Made by a program: the position numbers and the translations under genes. A stretch of DNA of 64,000 bases, from NCBI GenBank assembly GCA_030390025.1, contig CM059432.1:13454001-13518000 (forward strand), written 5' to 3'. This document shows, piece after piece, positions 24,201-36,200 of the stretch. The notes beneath the pieces were generated by a model, which saw only the letters and a list, made by a program, of their open reading frames with translations, searched no databases and was not told where the DNA came from. Source of the DNA: Squalus acanthias (Eukaryota). Position 1 is the stretch's first letter. Every line of letters starts with the position of its first letter.

Positions 24201-27200
24201 ATTGGAAAAGAAAGGCCCAAGCCTATGCTTTTTGTGAGATGTCACTCAATACTACACAATATAGTGAATATTTGAATTTTTGCAGCTGAGATTTTCTTCC
24301 TTTGGAACTGCAGCTTCCAACTATATAGTGCCTTTGAGTTGTATTTAAAAAGCACAGCCCAAGGTGCTTCACTGACGTATGGGAAGTGGATACTAAGCCA
24401 GAAAGGAGAGGTGACCAAAAGCTTGAACGAATAATTGGGTTTTGAGGTTTCTAGAAAAGAGACTTTTTTTTGAGGGGGGAAAAAGGCAGAGGTTTAAGGA
24501 GGCAGTTCCAGAGAGCAGGGCAGCTGAAGGTTGTGATGGATGAAAGGAAGAGAGGCTGCACAAGACACAAGTCAGAGAAATAGGTATAGAGCTGGAGAAG
24601 AGTCTGGCGATAGGGTGTGTTGAGGCCAAAGAGGGATTAAAATTTTCAAGTTGTTACTGGGGGTATCCAATGTAGCAGATAGGTGCAGCAGAGTTTTGAA
24701 CAAGTTGGAGTTTATGAAGGGTAGAGGATGGGTACCCAACAAGTTGAGCATTTGAATAGTCAAGTCTGGAGGTGATAGAAGGCATGTATAAGGGTTTGTT
24801 GTGGAGGTGAAAGTAAGTGGTCCTTGTGATGCAGTGTATATGGAGACTAAAGTTCAGCTCTGGATCAGAACAGGACATAAAGGTTGTGAATATTCTGGTT
24901 GAGCCTGAGCTTGTGCTGAGTTAGGAAGGTGGTCAATTATGGAATCCTATTTTGAGGGGGCAGTGGTTTCACAGACCAGGATGTTAAAGTTGTCACACCA
25001 GTCGCACTGTGGTGTGCCTCCTAGCAGCTTGTTACAGAGCAGTGCCATGGGAGCAAGTCACCTGCCTGCCTTTAATATATCACAGGAACAGGAGTAGGCC
25101 ATTATGCCCCTCAAGCCTGTTTTGCCATTCAATTAGATCATGGCTGATCTGTATCTTAACTCCATCTACCTGCTTTGATTCTGTATCCCTTAATACCCTT
25201 GCCTATCTATCAATATTATCTTTGAACTTGTATTTCACAAATATTTGTCAGTAAATATATTTTTACGGATTATGAAATTAACACAACCATTGACTTAAAA
25301 ATTCAGCACTTCAGTCTGTCTAAAGATTATGTTGACATGAATCTTTTAATCACAAATTATTTCGAAAGTGGGAAAGTGACCTGTATTGTTTTGTCCAACA
25401 GCACAAGTGGATGTTCTAACTGCTGCTCTCAGAGCTTCCACTCTTGAATTTGAGGAAGAAACATCTGTGGAACCGCTGTATGACCGAACAGAGTCACAAG
25501 CAGATCCTGCGATAGTTGACCCCATCAATGTTGAGCCAGACAATGTTCCTTTAACTGCTGAAATTTCAGCTACTCTTGAGGTAGGCTCGCCTAGGACTTT
25601 ATACACTTCGTCAAGAATGCTATTGGCTAAATCTACCAGTTGACCAAAGCTTAATTGCCATTAGTATGCAGCTGTTTTGTGTGTTAAGTAAAAAGAAATC
25701 AACAAAGAGAAAGTTTAAGAATTTGCTTATTAAAACTGGCATTAAATCTGACTCGGTTTGGGAGCATGCAGTAAACAATAAATTCACAGGTAATCACAAG
25801 ATAAATATGCACGAGGGAGGCCACTCTTCGATCATCCATCCAGAACCAACCTGCGGTTCCCTCCAGAAACCCATTTCACCTGTTGATCATAGTGTGAAGA
25901 ACTTCCAGATATCTGTAACAATAACAGAAAATGCTGGAGGTATGCAGATCCCGCCGCATCTGAAGAGGGGGTACTGTTTTGAGTTCAGATCCTTCGTCCG
26001 ACTGATTCAGATGAGTTCTAACACCGTGCTTACGCCCAAAATCACAACCCCTCCTCCTTCTGATACTGATGGACCTGCTGTGTATTTCCAACATTTTTCT
26101 GTTTTTATTACAAATTTCCAGCATTTGTAGGTTTCTTTTCTCATTTGACATCAATCCCAAATTTGCCTTTCACTAGTTTGATCCTGTGTCCCCTTGTCCT
26201 ACTGTTGCAGGTTAACCAAGTATTGTTCTGTGTTTTCTTTTCTATAATGATTCCCAAGTCATACACACATGGGGATTCCTCTTGGAACTCTTTTCAAGGA
26301 GAGCAGCCAAGTTTCTTCAGTCCTTCCTCATAAATGAGTCCTGTGATGCTAAGAGTCAGCCTTCTCTGAGCCACTTCCAGTGCTTGAATGTTTTCTTTGT
26401 GTCTGTGACCAAAATTGGATGCAGTACTCGAGGTGCTGTCTGCAGAGCACTGTAATTTTAGCATGACATTCTCTGCCTAATGTTTTGGGTATGCAGTTCA
26501 AAATTTGTTTTGGTTGCTGTTTCGCAGTGACTGAATATGTTGAACGCCAAGTCTAGTGGATTTGCTCACCCATTTTGATGTGGTACATATGGTACCTGTT
26601 TTCCTTTGTGTGCAGTAGTTTACACTAGTCTACATTGAATTTCAGTTGAAAGGAGCCTGGTTGAGAAACTAATTCAGAATATCGGGCAGTTTTTTTAATC
26701 AATTCGAAATGCTGTATGTGATCTAGACTTGTCAAAGCGCTCAGTGATTTGCACGCTCATCATTTTGGATGAGACTGCTTTACTAGAAGTTTAAAATGTT
26801 CTGGATCTTGCAGTAAGCTGATTCATTGATCAAAAAGCAGTATCTGTTCCGAATAAAGATGCACTGATCAATGTTTCTGTAAACCGTTCTTTCTCCTCGC
26901 TCTACACCTCCCCATCAAAAAAAAATGTATTGGGTACTTTGTAAGACTGATACCAATTTGAATACTTGAATAGACTTGAGTTTTGTAAGTTTAGAAATGG
27001 TTATTAAGGCCTCTTTATCACACTTGTTGGATATTTCCCTGTACTTGCAGGAAGACTGTGTGAGTGATGCAGTGTATGATACCAATCAATCACAGAATGC
27101 GTCTCCCTTTTCAACAATGGTACCAGATGACCGGGTGTTCACTTATTTTGAGACGGTGAGGTTATGAAAAATAGTTCTAAATGCGGGGCGGTTTATGAAA

Positions 27201-30200
27201 ACCTTGAGGTATGTGTTGAAGGAAAGGATTTTTAAATAAGTGCCACATTGACAACTTGGTAACCAAGTAGCAAGTCGTGCTTGAGTTCAATTTACCAAAG
27301 TCATATATATTGCTCAAATCCAGGTGCTCAGTGAGATTGGTAGTTCCCTCTCTCGGCACCTAATGGAGTACCTTGCTAAATCAAACTGCATCATATTGAA
27401 GCAAGAAAGAATTGTCTTCAGCAGCCAGAGGAGCATCAGTGTGGGCAGGCAGTTAATATCCAAGTGGATGAAATTGGGCTGATCCTGTGGCACTCGGTGA
27501 TACTGTCAGGAGTGATACTGTCACTCCAGCCTCAAACAATCCCTGTCCCGAGTCCCAATGGGCGACAAGCTGATCCTCCTTGGCGACTTTAACGCCAGAG
27601 TTGGAAAGGACACAGACCTCTGGGGAGGTGTGATTGGCAGAGAGGGGGTAGGGAAAGCCAACTCCAATGGTACCCTCCTGACGAAATGCTTAGAACATGG
27701 CCTTGTCATAACCAACACCTTGTTCCGTCAGAGAGACAAGTACAAGGCTTCATGGCAGCACCCTCTCCAAGCATTGGCATCTGCTGGACTATGTCATCGT
27801 TCGAGCGAGGGACCGCAAGAATGTCCGCATCACCCGCGCCATGACAGGAGCAGACGACTGCTGGACAGACCACCGCCTAATCCGCTCTGTCATCTCCATC
27901 AATGTAGCCCCAAGACAGCGGCGGCAACAGAAACAATGCCGCAGGAAAATCAACACTGGAGCACTCAAAGACCCCGCTAAGAGAGCCCTATTCAGCCTGC
28001 ACCTCACAAACAACCTGACGACTCCCAGTGATGCAGAGACACAGAGTGTCCACAGCGCCTGGTCTGCACTCATGGCCTCCATAATCAGCACCTGTGAAGA
28101 GACGCTCGGTCACTCGACCAGGAAACACCAAGACTGGTTCGACGAGAACGACCAGGAGATTCAGGAGCTAATGAGCCGCAAGCGCAAGGCATTCCTGATC
28201 TGGAAACAGCAACACAACTTGAGAGCAAGAAAGCAGCTCTACAGATGCCTGAAGGCCGAGGTCCAACAAAAAACTCTCAACCTAAAGAACAGGTGGTGGG
28301 TGGAGAAAGCGCAGGAGATCCAGCAGCTAGCCGACAACCACGACGTGCGTGGATTCTTTAGTGCAGTCAAGACCATCTACGGCCCAAGCACCCAAGGCCC
28401 TACCCTACTGCAGGCCAAGAACGGAGAGGTACTCATCAAGGACAGAGAGGCAGTCAGTGCCCGCTGGAAGGAGCACTTCGAAGATCTCCTTAACCGAGAC
28501 TATCTTCGACGCGAGTGTCCTCAACTCCATCTCGCAGCATGCTACCCACCACCACCTCAGCACAACCCCAGCCCAGCAAGAGGTTGAAAAGGCCATCCGA
28601 CAACTGAAGAACAATAAGGCCTTGAGCAGATGGAATCCCTGCAGAGGCACTAAAGCATAGCTGAGAAGCACTACTGGCGCGAATTCATGAACTCATTTCT
28701 CTTATCTGGAAGGAGGAGAGCATGCCAGGGGATCTCGGACGCCGTAATTGTGACCATCTTCAAGAAAGGTGATGAGTCAGATTGCCACAGGGAAAGTCAT
28801 CGCAAGAATCCTCCTCAGTCGCCTTCTCCCAGTGGCTGAAGAGCTCCTCCCAGAGTCGCAATGCGGATTCCGCCCACTAAGGGGCACAATGGACATGATC
28901 TTCACCGCACGTCAGTTACAAGAGAAATGCAGGGAACAGCACCAACCGCTGTACATGGCCGCCTTTGACCTCACAAAGGCCTTCGACACTGTCAACCGTG
29001 AGGGATTATGGAGTGTCCTCCTCCACTTCGGCTGCCCTCAAGTTTGTCACCATCCTCTGCCTGCTTCACGACAACATGCAAGCCGTGATCCTGACCAACG
29101 GTTCCACCACAGACCCAATTCACGTACGGACTGGGGTCAAGCAAGGCTGTGTCATCGCACCAACGCTCTTCTCGATCTTCCTTGCTGCAATCCTCCATCT
29201 CGCCCTCAGTAAGCTCCCTGCTGGAATGGAGCTAATTTACAGAACAAGCGGGAAACTGTTCAACCTCTCACCTCCAGTCCAGATCCAACATCGTCCCATC
29301 CTCTGTCGTCGAATTACAGTATGCAGACGACGCTTGCATCTGCGCAGACTCGGAGGTCGAACTCCAAACCATCAGCAACACCTTCACCGAATCGTACGAG
29401 AGCATAGGCCTTACACTAAACATCCGTAAGACAAAGGTCCTCTACCAACCTACCCCCCCCCTGATTATCACAATCCACGACAAAACCTTGGACAACGTGG
29501 ACCACTTTCCATACCTCGGCAGCCTACTATCAACAAGGGCAGATGTCGATGACCAAGTCGAACACCGCCTTCAGTGTGCCAGTGCAGCCTTCGGTCACCT
29601 GAGGGAGAGTGTGTTTGAAGACCAGGACCTCAAACCCGGAATCAAGCTTATGGTCTACAGAGCAGTAGTGATACCCGCCCTCCTGTATGCCTCAGACATG
29701 GACCATTTACAGCAGGCACCTCAGCACTGGAGAGGTACCACCAACGCTGCCTCCGCAAGATCCTGCAAATCCATTGGCAGGATAGGTGCACCAACGTCTG
29801 TGTTCTCACTCGGGCCAACATCCCGCTCATCGAAGCTTTGGCCACGCTCGATCAGCTCCGATGGACGGATCACATCGTCTGCATGCCCGATACGCGACTC
29901 CCAAAACAAGCTCTCTACTCTGAGCTCCGACACGGCAAGAGAGCCCCAGGTGGGCAGAGAAAACTATTCAAGGACACCCTCAAAGCCTCCTTGGAAAAAG
30001 TGCAACATCCCTGGCCCAATACCGCACAAAGTGGAGGAGAAGCATCCGGGAAGGCACCGAACACCTCGAGTCTCTTCACCGGGAGCAAGCGCAAGGAGCG
30101 CATGTCACCCAAGCTCCCCACCCACCGTCTGCCCCACCTGTGACAGAGACTGTAGGTCCCGCATTGGACTCATCAGTCACCTGAGAACTCATTTTTAATG

Positions 30201-33200
30201 TGGAAGCAAGTCATCCTTGGTTCCGAGGGACTGCCTAAGAGAGTTGCCTACCATTCTTCTTCGTCCAGTGTTGCTGCAAGGAATGTAAAGTGCGGTGAAA
30301 AGTATGAAGAAACTATTTTCTTTATAGTTATCCTTTTGCTAGAGACTATAGCTTTCACTTTTTAAATGCATCTTATTGAATGCATTGTAATTTAAGCTTC
30401 ATAAAATGCAGAGGTATTGAATTTATTCTAATATATATTGTATGCGGACCACATCTGAGAAACAACACCCCTTACCTACAGATTTAAAATTAGGCAACAT
30501 GCAGCCATCTTGTTGTGGAACGCTTGCTTGCAACATTTATTTAACTTTTTTTTAAATCCTGAATTTTTTGTGCAACATTGAGTCACTCCTCACTTTGGTA
30601 AATGGGTAGCTGAGGTCTTGGAGAGCCAGGAATGGGATAGCTCTGTGGTTTGAGTGGTTCTATGAAACGAATTTAAAACTAAACTGCTTGGTGTAGTACC
30701 TGCAGACTTTTTTATAATGTCCTGTCCTTTGTGCTAATGTGTACAGCATGTTGAATCCTGCTTCAAATTCAAATTTGTTTCACTGTGTTGCTTCCCTCAA
30801 CAGAACCTGGAGGGCAGGCTTCAGTTCATCCAAGATAATTCGTGTCGGAGGCAAAGCAGTTTTGATGACGATAAAAAATCTAAAATTCAGGTAATTAAAA
30901 GCAACAGGTTAACCAATTCCTAACCGTAACACTGAATGAGATACTAAATCAGTGTAATTTATTTTCATTCACCTAGTCTGGCATATTATACCCCTGTTTT
31001 ACAATGGGCATATTCAGTATTCAAAGGTTGCAACTTGTTCCCTTCTTGGGATGTATATGACAACAAACTGTGCAGTTGTGACCTGTGCAGCAGCTGTTGC
31101 AGAAATACATAGAAGGTACAACATGGAAACAGACCATTTGGCCCAACCATATTGGATTTTATGTTGGGCCAGGCCAAGTACTCTAGCTCCTACTCCTTAT
31201 TTCTTATCCTTTATTTAAGTAACAGATTTGAAAACCCATGAGATAACTATGTATCTGACAGATGTTTATTAGTTAAAGAGAGCGCACTGAGTAGAACATG
31301 CAAACTAGGAACAGGAGTAGGTCATTCAGCCCCTCGAGCCTGCTCCGCCATTCAATGAGATCATGGCTGATCTGTGACCTCACTCCGTATACCCACCTTT
31401 GGCCCATATCACTTAATACCTTTTGGTTAACAAAAAGCTATCAATCTCAGATTTAAAATTAACAATTGATCCAGCATCAATTGCTGTTTTCGGAAGAGAG
31501 TTCCAAACTTCTACCACCCTTTGTGTGTGGAAGTGTTTCCTAATTTCACTCCTGAAAGGCCTGGCTCTAATTTTTAGACTATGCCCCCTAGTCCTAGAAT
31601 CCCCAACCAGCGGAAATAGTTTCTCTCTATCTACCCTATCTGTTCCCCTTAATATTGTGAAAACTTCGATCAGATCACCCCTTAACCTTCTAAATTCATG
31701 GGAATACAACCCTAATTTGTGCAATCTTTCCTCGTAACTTGACACTTGAAGACTGGGTATCATTCTGGTAAACCTATGCTGCACTCCCTCCAAGGCCAGT
31801 ATATCCTTCCTAAGGTGTGGTGCCCAGACCTGCTTGCAGTACTCCAGGTGTGGGCTAACCAGGGCTTTGTATAGCTGCAGCATAACTTCTACCCCCTTGT
31901 ATTCTAGTCCTCCAGATATAAAGGCCAGTATTCCATTAGCCTTTTTGATTTATTTTCTGTACCTGTTCTGACATTTTAATGATCTATGTACCAGGAACTC
32001 CCAAGGGGGAAAAATTCAGTTGGTTGCGCCTCCCGTTTTGCCTTAAGAGGGCGCTAATGGGGCGTTAAGCCGCTAACGCCCGGGCGCAGCGATGTTTGCG
32101 CCGCTCGAGAACTTAACTTGAGATTGTGCGGCGGCGCTAAAACTTACCGCTGCGACCACCTGCGCGCGCAGATTGTGACGTCATTCCATGGTGCAACGCC
32201 CTTGGGGCGCCCCGTAGCGGAAATTGAGTGGCGCCCCCTGCCTTACCGCCTGGCGCTTCCAACGACCAGAAGACTGGAACGCTATCAATCGCTGTGGGGC
32301 TGGGGGGGGCGCTATTTAAAGGGGGCCTCTTCCTGTCTTTTATTGTTGGTGGCATTTTTGAACTACGCATTCTGAGAGAGAGAGGGAGAGACTTCTGGAG
32401 AGATTCAACGTTGTGTGAAGGAGTTTTGGGTACTGAGCAGCACTTTGCAGGTTCATTTTGATTTGCCATTCCTTGTATCTATTTAGCAGAGACCGTGGGA
32501 GCTGCACTCTGAGCTCTTTGCCTGGTGCTCTCCATTGTTCTTTCCAGCACATTTGATGTGCAAGTTTCTCCAGGTCGAGATTCAAGGCAGCAATGAACAG
32601 GATGTGGATGGAAAGCAAGATTAACCATCCCCTTTAAGAACTGGCCCGTGCCATTGTGTGTGTGTTCCATTGCTGACTGACATTACATGAGCTTCGCCAG
32701 CGCTCCGAGTTAGCGCCTCACTGCTCGGCCTTTGCGCCTTAAGAGAGGTGTGCAGCGCCTGCTTTAGCGCTCCACTCACCTCCCGGGGCAGTAAAAGTGA
32801 AGTTTCCCGTCAGTGCCGATAATTAGCGCCAGGCGCTAATATTTGCGTCCGGACGATATTTGCGCCCCAAATGGGGCGCGACCTAATTTCTACCCCCAAG
32901 TCTCTTTGGACCTCCACTGTTTCTAGCTTTTGACCATTTAGAAAGTACCCAGTTCTATCCTTTTTTAGGTCCAAAGTGGATGACCTCACATTTGCTTACA
33001 TTGAAATCCATTTGCCACAGTTTTGCCCATTCACTTAATCTGTGTGTGTGTGTGCGCTCATCAGTGGTAGATAAGATAGACTTGCATGATTGTAAACACC
33101 CATACTTTCAGAATATTAGCAACCCAGTCCAGATCTACTGTCTCCAAAGAAAGCCATAATTTTTCCCATGATGTTTTGTACCTATTCCTGGCTGTTGGAC

Positions 33201-36200
33201 CTATTCTATTATTCACTGTCCCACAAACCAGTCCGCGTCGGAACTTCCCCTCCATGTAGGCTAATAGTTCGAATCACATTTGCCTATCCTGGTGCCATAT
33301 CCCTTCAACCCCTTTTCCTTCATCCACCTATCCATTCTAAGCTTGACCTGGTTTCTGCCTCAACCACCAACCTTGGAAGTGAGTTCCACAGCCTCAACTC
33401 TGTTTATCTATTTTTAAAGTTTCCCTCTGTTATAAATCTCTTGTATCAAGACCTCCTCAACTATTGGAAACCGTCCGCTTCTCTCTACCCACCCTTTCAC
33501 AATTTTAAATGCTTCTATCGTATTGCACTGTAATCTAGTCTAACGAGAAAAGCCCCAATTTTTCAAGACTTCCTTAATATCGGGCAGCATCTTCACGTAG
33601 CTGTGTTTAAACCCTCTAAAGCCTCAATGTTCTTCCTATAGTGTGGAGCTCAATATTGCACACAGTACTTTAACTGATGACCTATTAAGGTTTTACATAG
33701 AATTTAATTAGCTTTGTTTTTACAGCCTCATCGCTGCCTTTAATATCCTGTGAGCCCGTAGTCCTAAATACCTCCTTTCTTCCACAGCATTGAACCTATT
33801 CTAGTGTATGGTTACTGCTATTTTTTAAAACTAAAATGCATTACCCTTCACTTACTGACATTGAATTCCATCTGCCACTTTTTAGCCATTCCCTCCCCAT
33901 CTTACCAATATCCCTTTGCTGTTTCCTTTGTTGTAAAGAATTAACTACACCTCCTATTTTGGTATTATCTGCAAATTTTAACATTTCTTCCTCGAAGACC
34001 TGCATCCAAATTATTAAGTGAACAGAAGTCGTCCCAAAATTGAACCCTATGTGACACCACTTCCCATTTCCAACCACTCTGAAAAATGTCCGTTAACTCC
34101 AACTCCGTTTGCTCCCTTCTAACTAATTTTAATCCAGTTTGCTATTCTCCCCCTAATTACATAGTGAATGATCAGAGTCACTACAGGCAGAGCTATGCCA
34201 AGTCAGTGCAATTTTGCTAATTTCTCAAACTCTTAATAAAATGATAAACCACAAAAGCCCAGATAAACTTCAAGTATTTCTCATCAGACTCCTTTTTGGT
34301 AAAGTCAGCAATGTCTCTTCCAGTGTTGTATTTCTTCATTGTTCCAATTGCACGGTGTGCTGCACAATACTGCGTCTCTTGCATGTTGGTAGTTTTGATC
34401 CTGTCAGAAGTTGTGCCTTCCTGATACTAATCTGAAAATCTCTTTCTCTGCCACGTTCCTGACACAATTTATAATCACAGAATAATTATGGATGAGAAAG
34501 GCTATTTGGTCCATCTTAATTCATCTATCCAGAAATTAGCCCAGTTACTGGTGTGATGTGGCTTGTGGGGGACACAAATCTTTTATTCACTTTTCTCCCC
34601 TAATCTCCAGAAGGCAGTTATGGTAGGTTAATGGTCCACAGGTGCTGACAGTCTTCTGGTGTCTCGTCCAAGTGACCATTCTTAATGTATGAGCCAGCAG
34701 GCTATTTGACAATGAAGGAATCCCATCTGAAACCAGCGCGCTCAAACAATATTAATGCAGAATTCATGCAGCATAACCAAGACTACATCAACAGACTCTC
34801 ATCTAGAATGGGAGTACCCGAGTACTCTGCAATTTAAAATGTGCATGCTGGGACAGAAGTGCTGCATTAGTGCAGTTTAGATTATCTATGCATGTTGCTA
34901 CTATCAAAGATAATTCTAATGAAGGAAGAAGTTCTGTTTTGATGAACTTCTGCTATCTATAGATTTTAATTTCTAATTCGCACTTTTTTTTGGAAAGTCT
35001 TAATTCTGGGCTTCCCCGAATGCTCTACAAGTTGATTCAGTGAGTAGCTCAGCCATACAGGCCAGTAAGGTCCCAGATTCGCTTCCTGGTCTGTGCTGGG
35101 TTAGCTGACTTCAACTGGAGTAGAGATGGGGACACTACAATCTAAGTCCCTGGATAAGGGAGTGAAAAATCAGCAATTCCTGTCCAACAATCCCTGCTGA
35201 AGGTGTATGTGGCCACTTGGGTGAGGTACTAAAGGGAGCTCATAGACCCAGCAAAGCAATCAATGCTTTCAGGAAGGAAAGGGAGAAATTGGCAGGATAA
35301 ACTTTTTTCAATTCTTTTGAACAGGTCCCTGTTAATGAGAATCTTCTTTGGAGTAAGCCCTACTGCTTTTGTTCTCGTCTGGCTTTTTTATTGGTTTAAT
35401 AAGTTTGGCATTGCACATGAGGTTATTAAAAAATAATGTCTAGCTTCCATCCAGCACTGGATATTATTTCTACAAAATTGAGCGCATTTCTGATACTGTG
35501 AACATTTTACATCCATGAGAAGTGATGAACCACCTATTTTAGTCTTTTTGACATGCTCATTGCCTTTCAAAAGGCAAGTTAGGAACTGTTAACAAGTTGG
35601 GTGGTAAGCCCTGAAACAACATATTTTTGAATAGTAGTTGGAGTTTTTTAATTAAAACTGGAAATTTTCCATTGTACACATGCATTCATTTAAAGTTAGT
35701 AATCATGTATTTTTCACCAAGTTTGCACATCAGCAAGCATGCCAAAAGCAAGGTAGAATAATTTCCATACACTAAAATAATACAAAAATAGTGGCATTTA
35801 TTTGTTTTCATCATGTAACTCTTTCTCTTCCCATATCGTGCATCACTCTCTTCTCTGAGCAGTTTGCCAATGCCCTCCATGGAGGTGGTTGCAGGAGCAT
35901 CCCAGCATGATTCGCCTCCCTAGTCTATCTCCTAGTAATGGCAAGCTGATGTCAGAAACGTGTTGTGTGCAACATTGTGGTTCCTGTGACAATTTGACTG
36001 CTTCTGATTTCTAGCCACGGCTTTCACAGTGGAATCATTGTGAGCATAGTGCTCATTTCCTGCTAATTGACTGTTTTTGAATTACAAAGACGGGATTTAA
36101 TGCTTGCTCTGGTTTTCTAATGCTCTACTTAACATTTTGAGCAAATGCAGTTTGTTTATAAAGGTAGCTTTTGTTGAATATACTGCCATGTTCACCCTAC

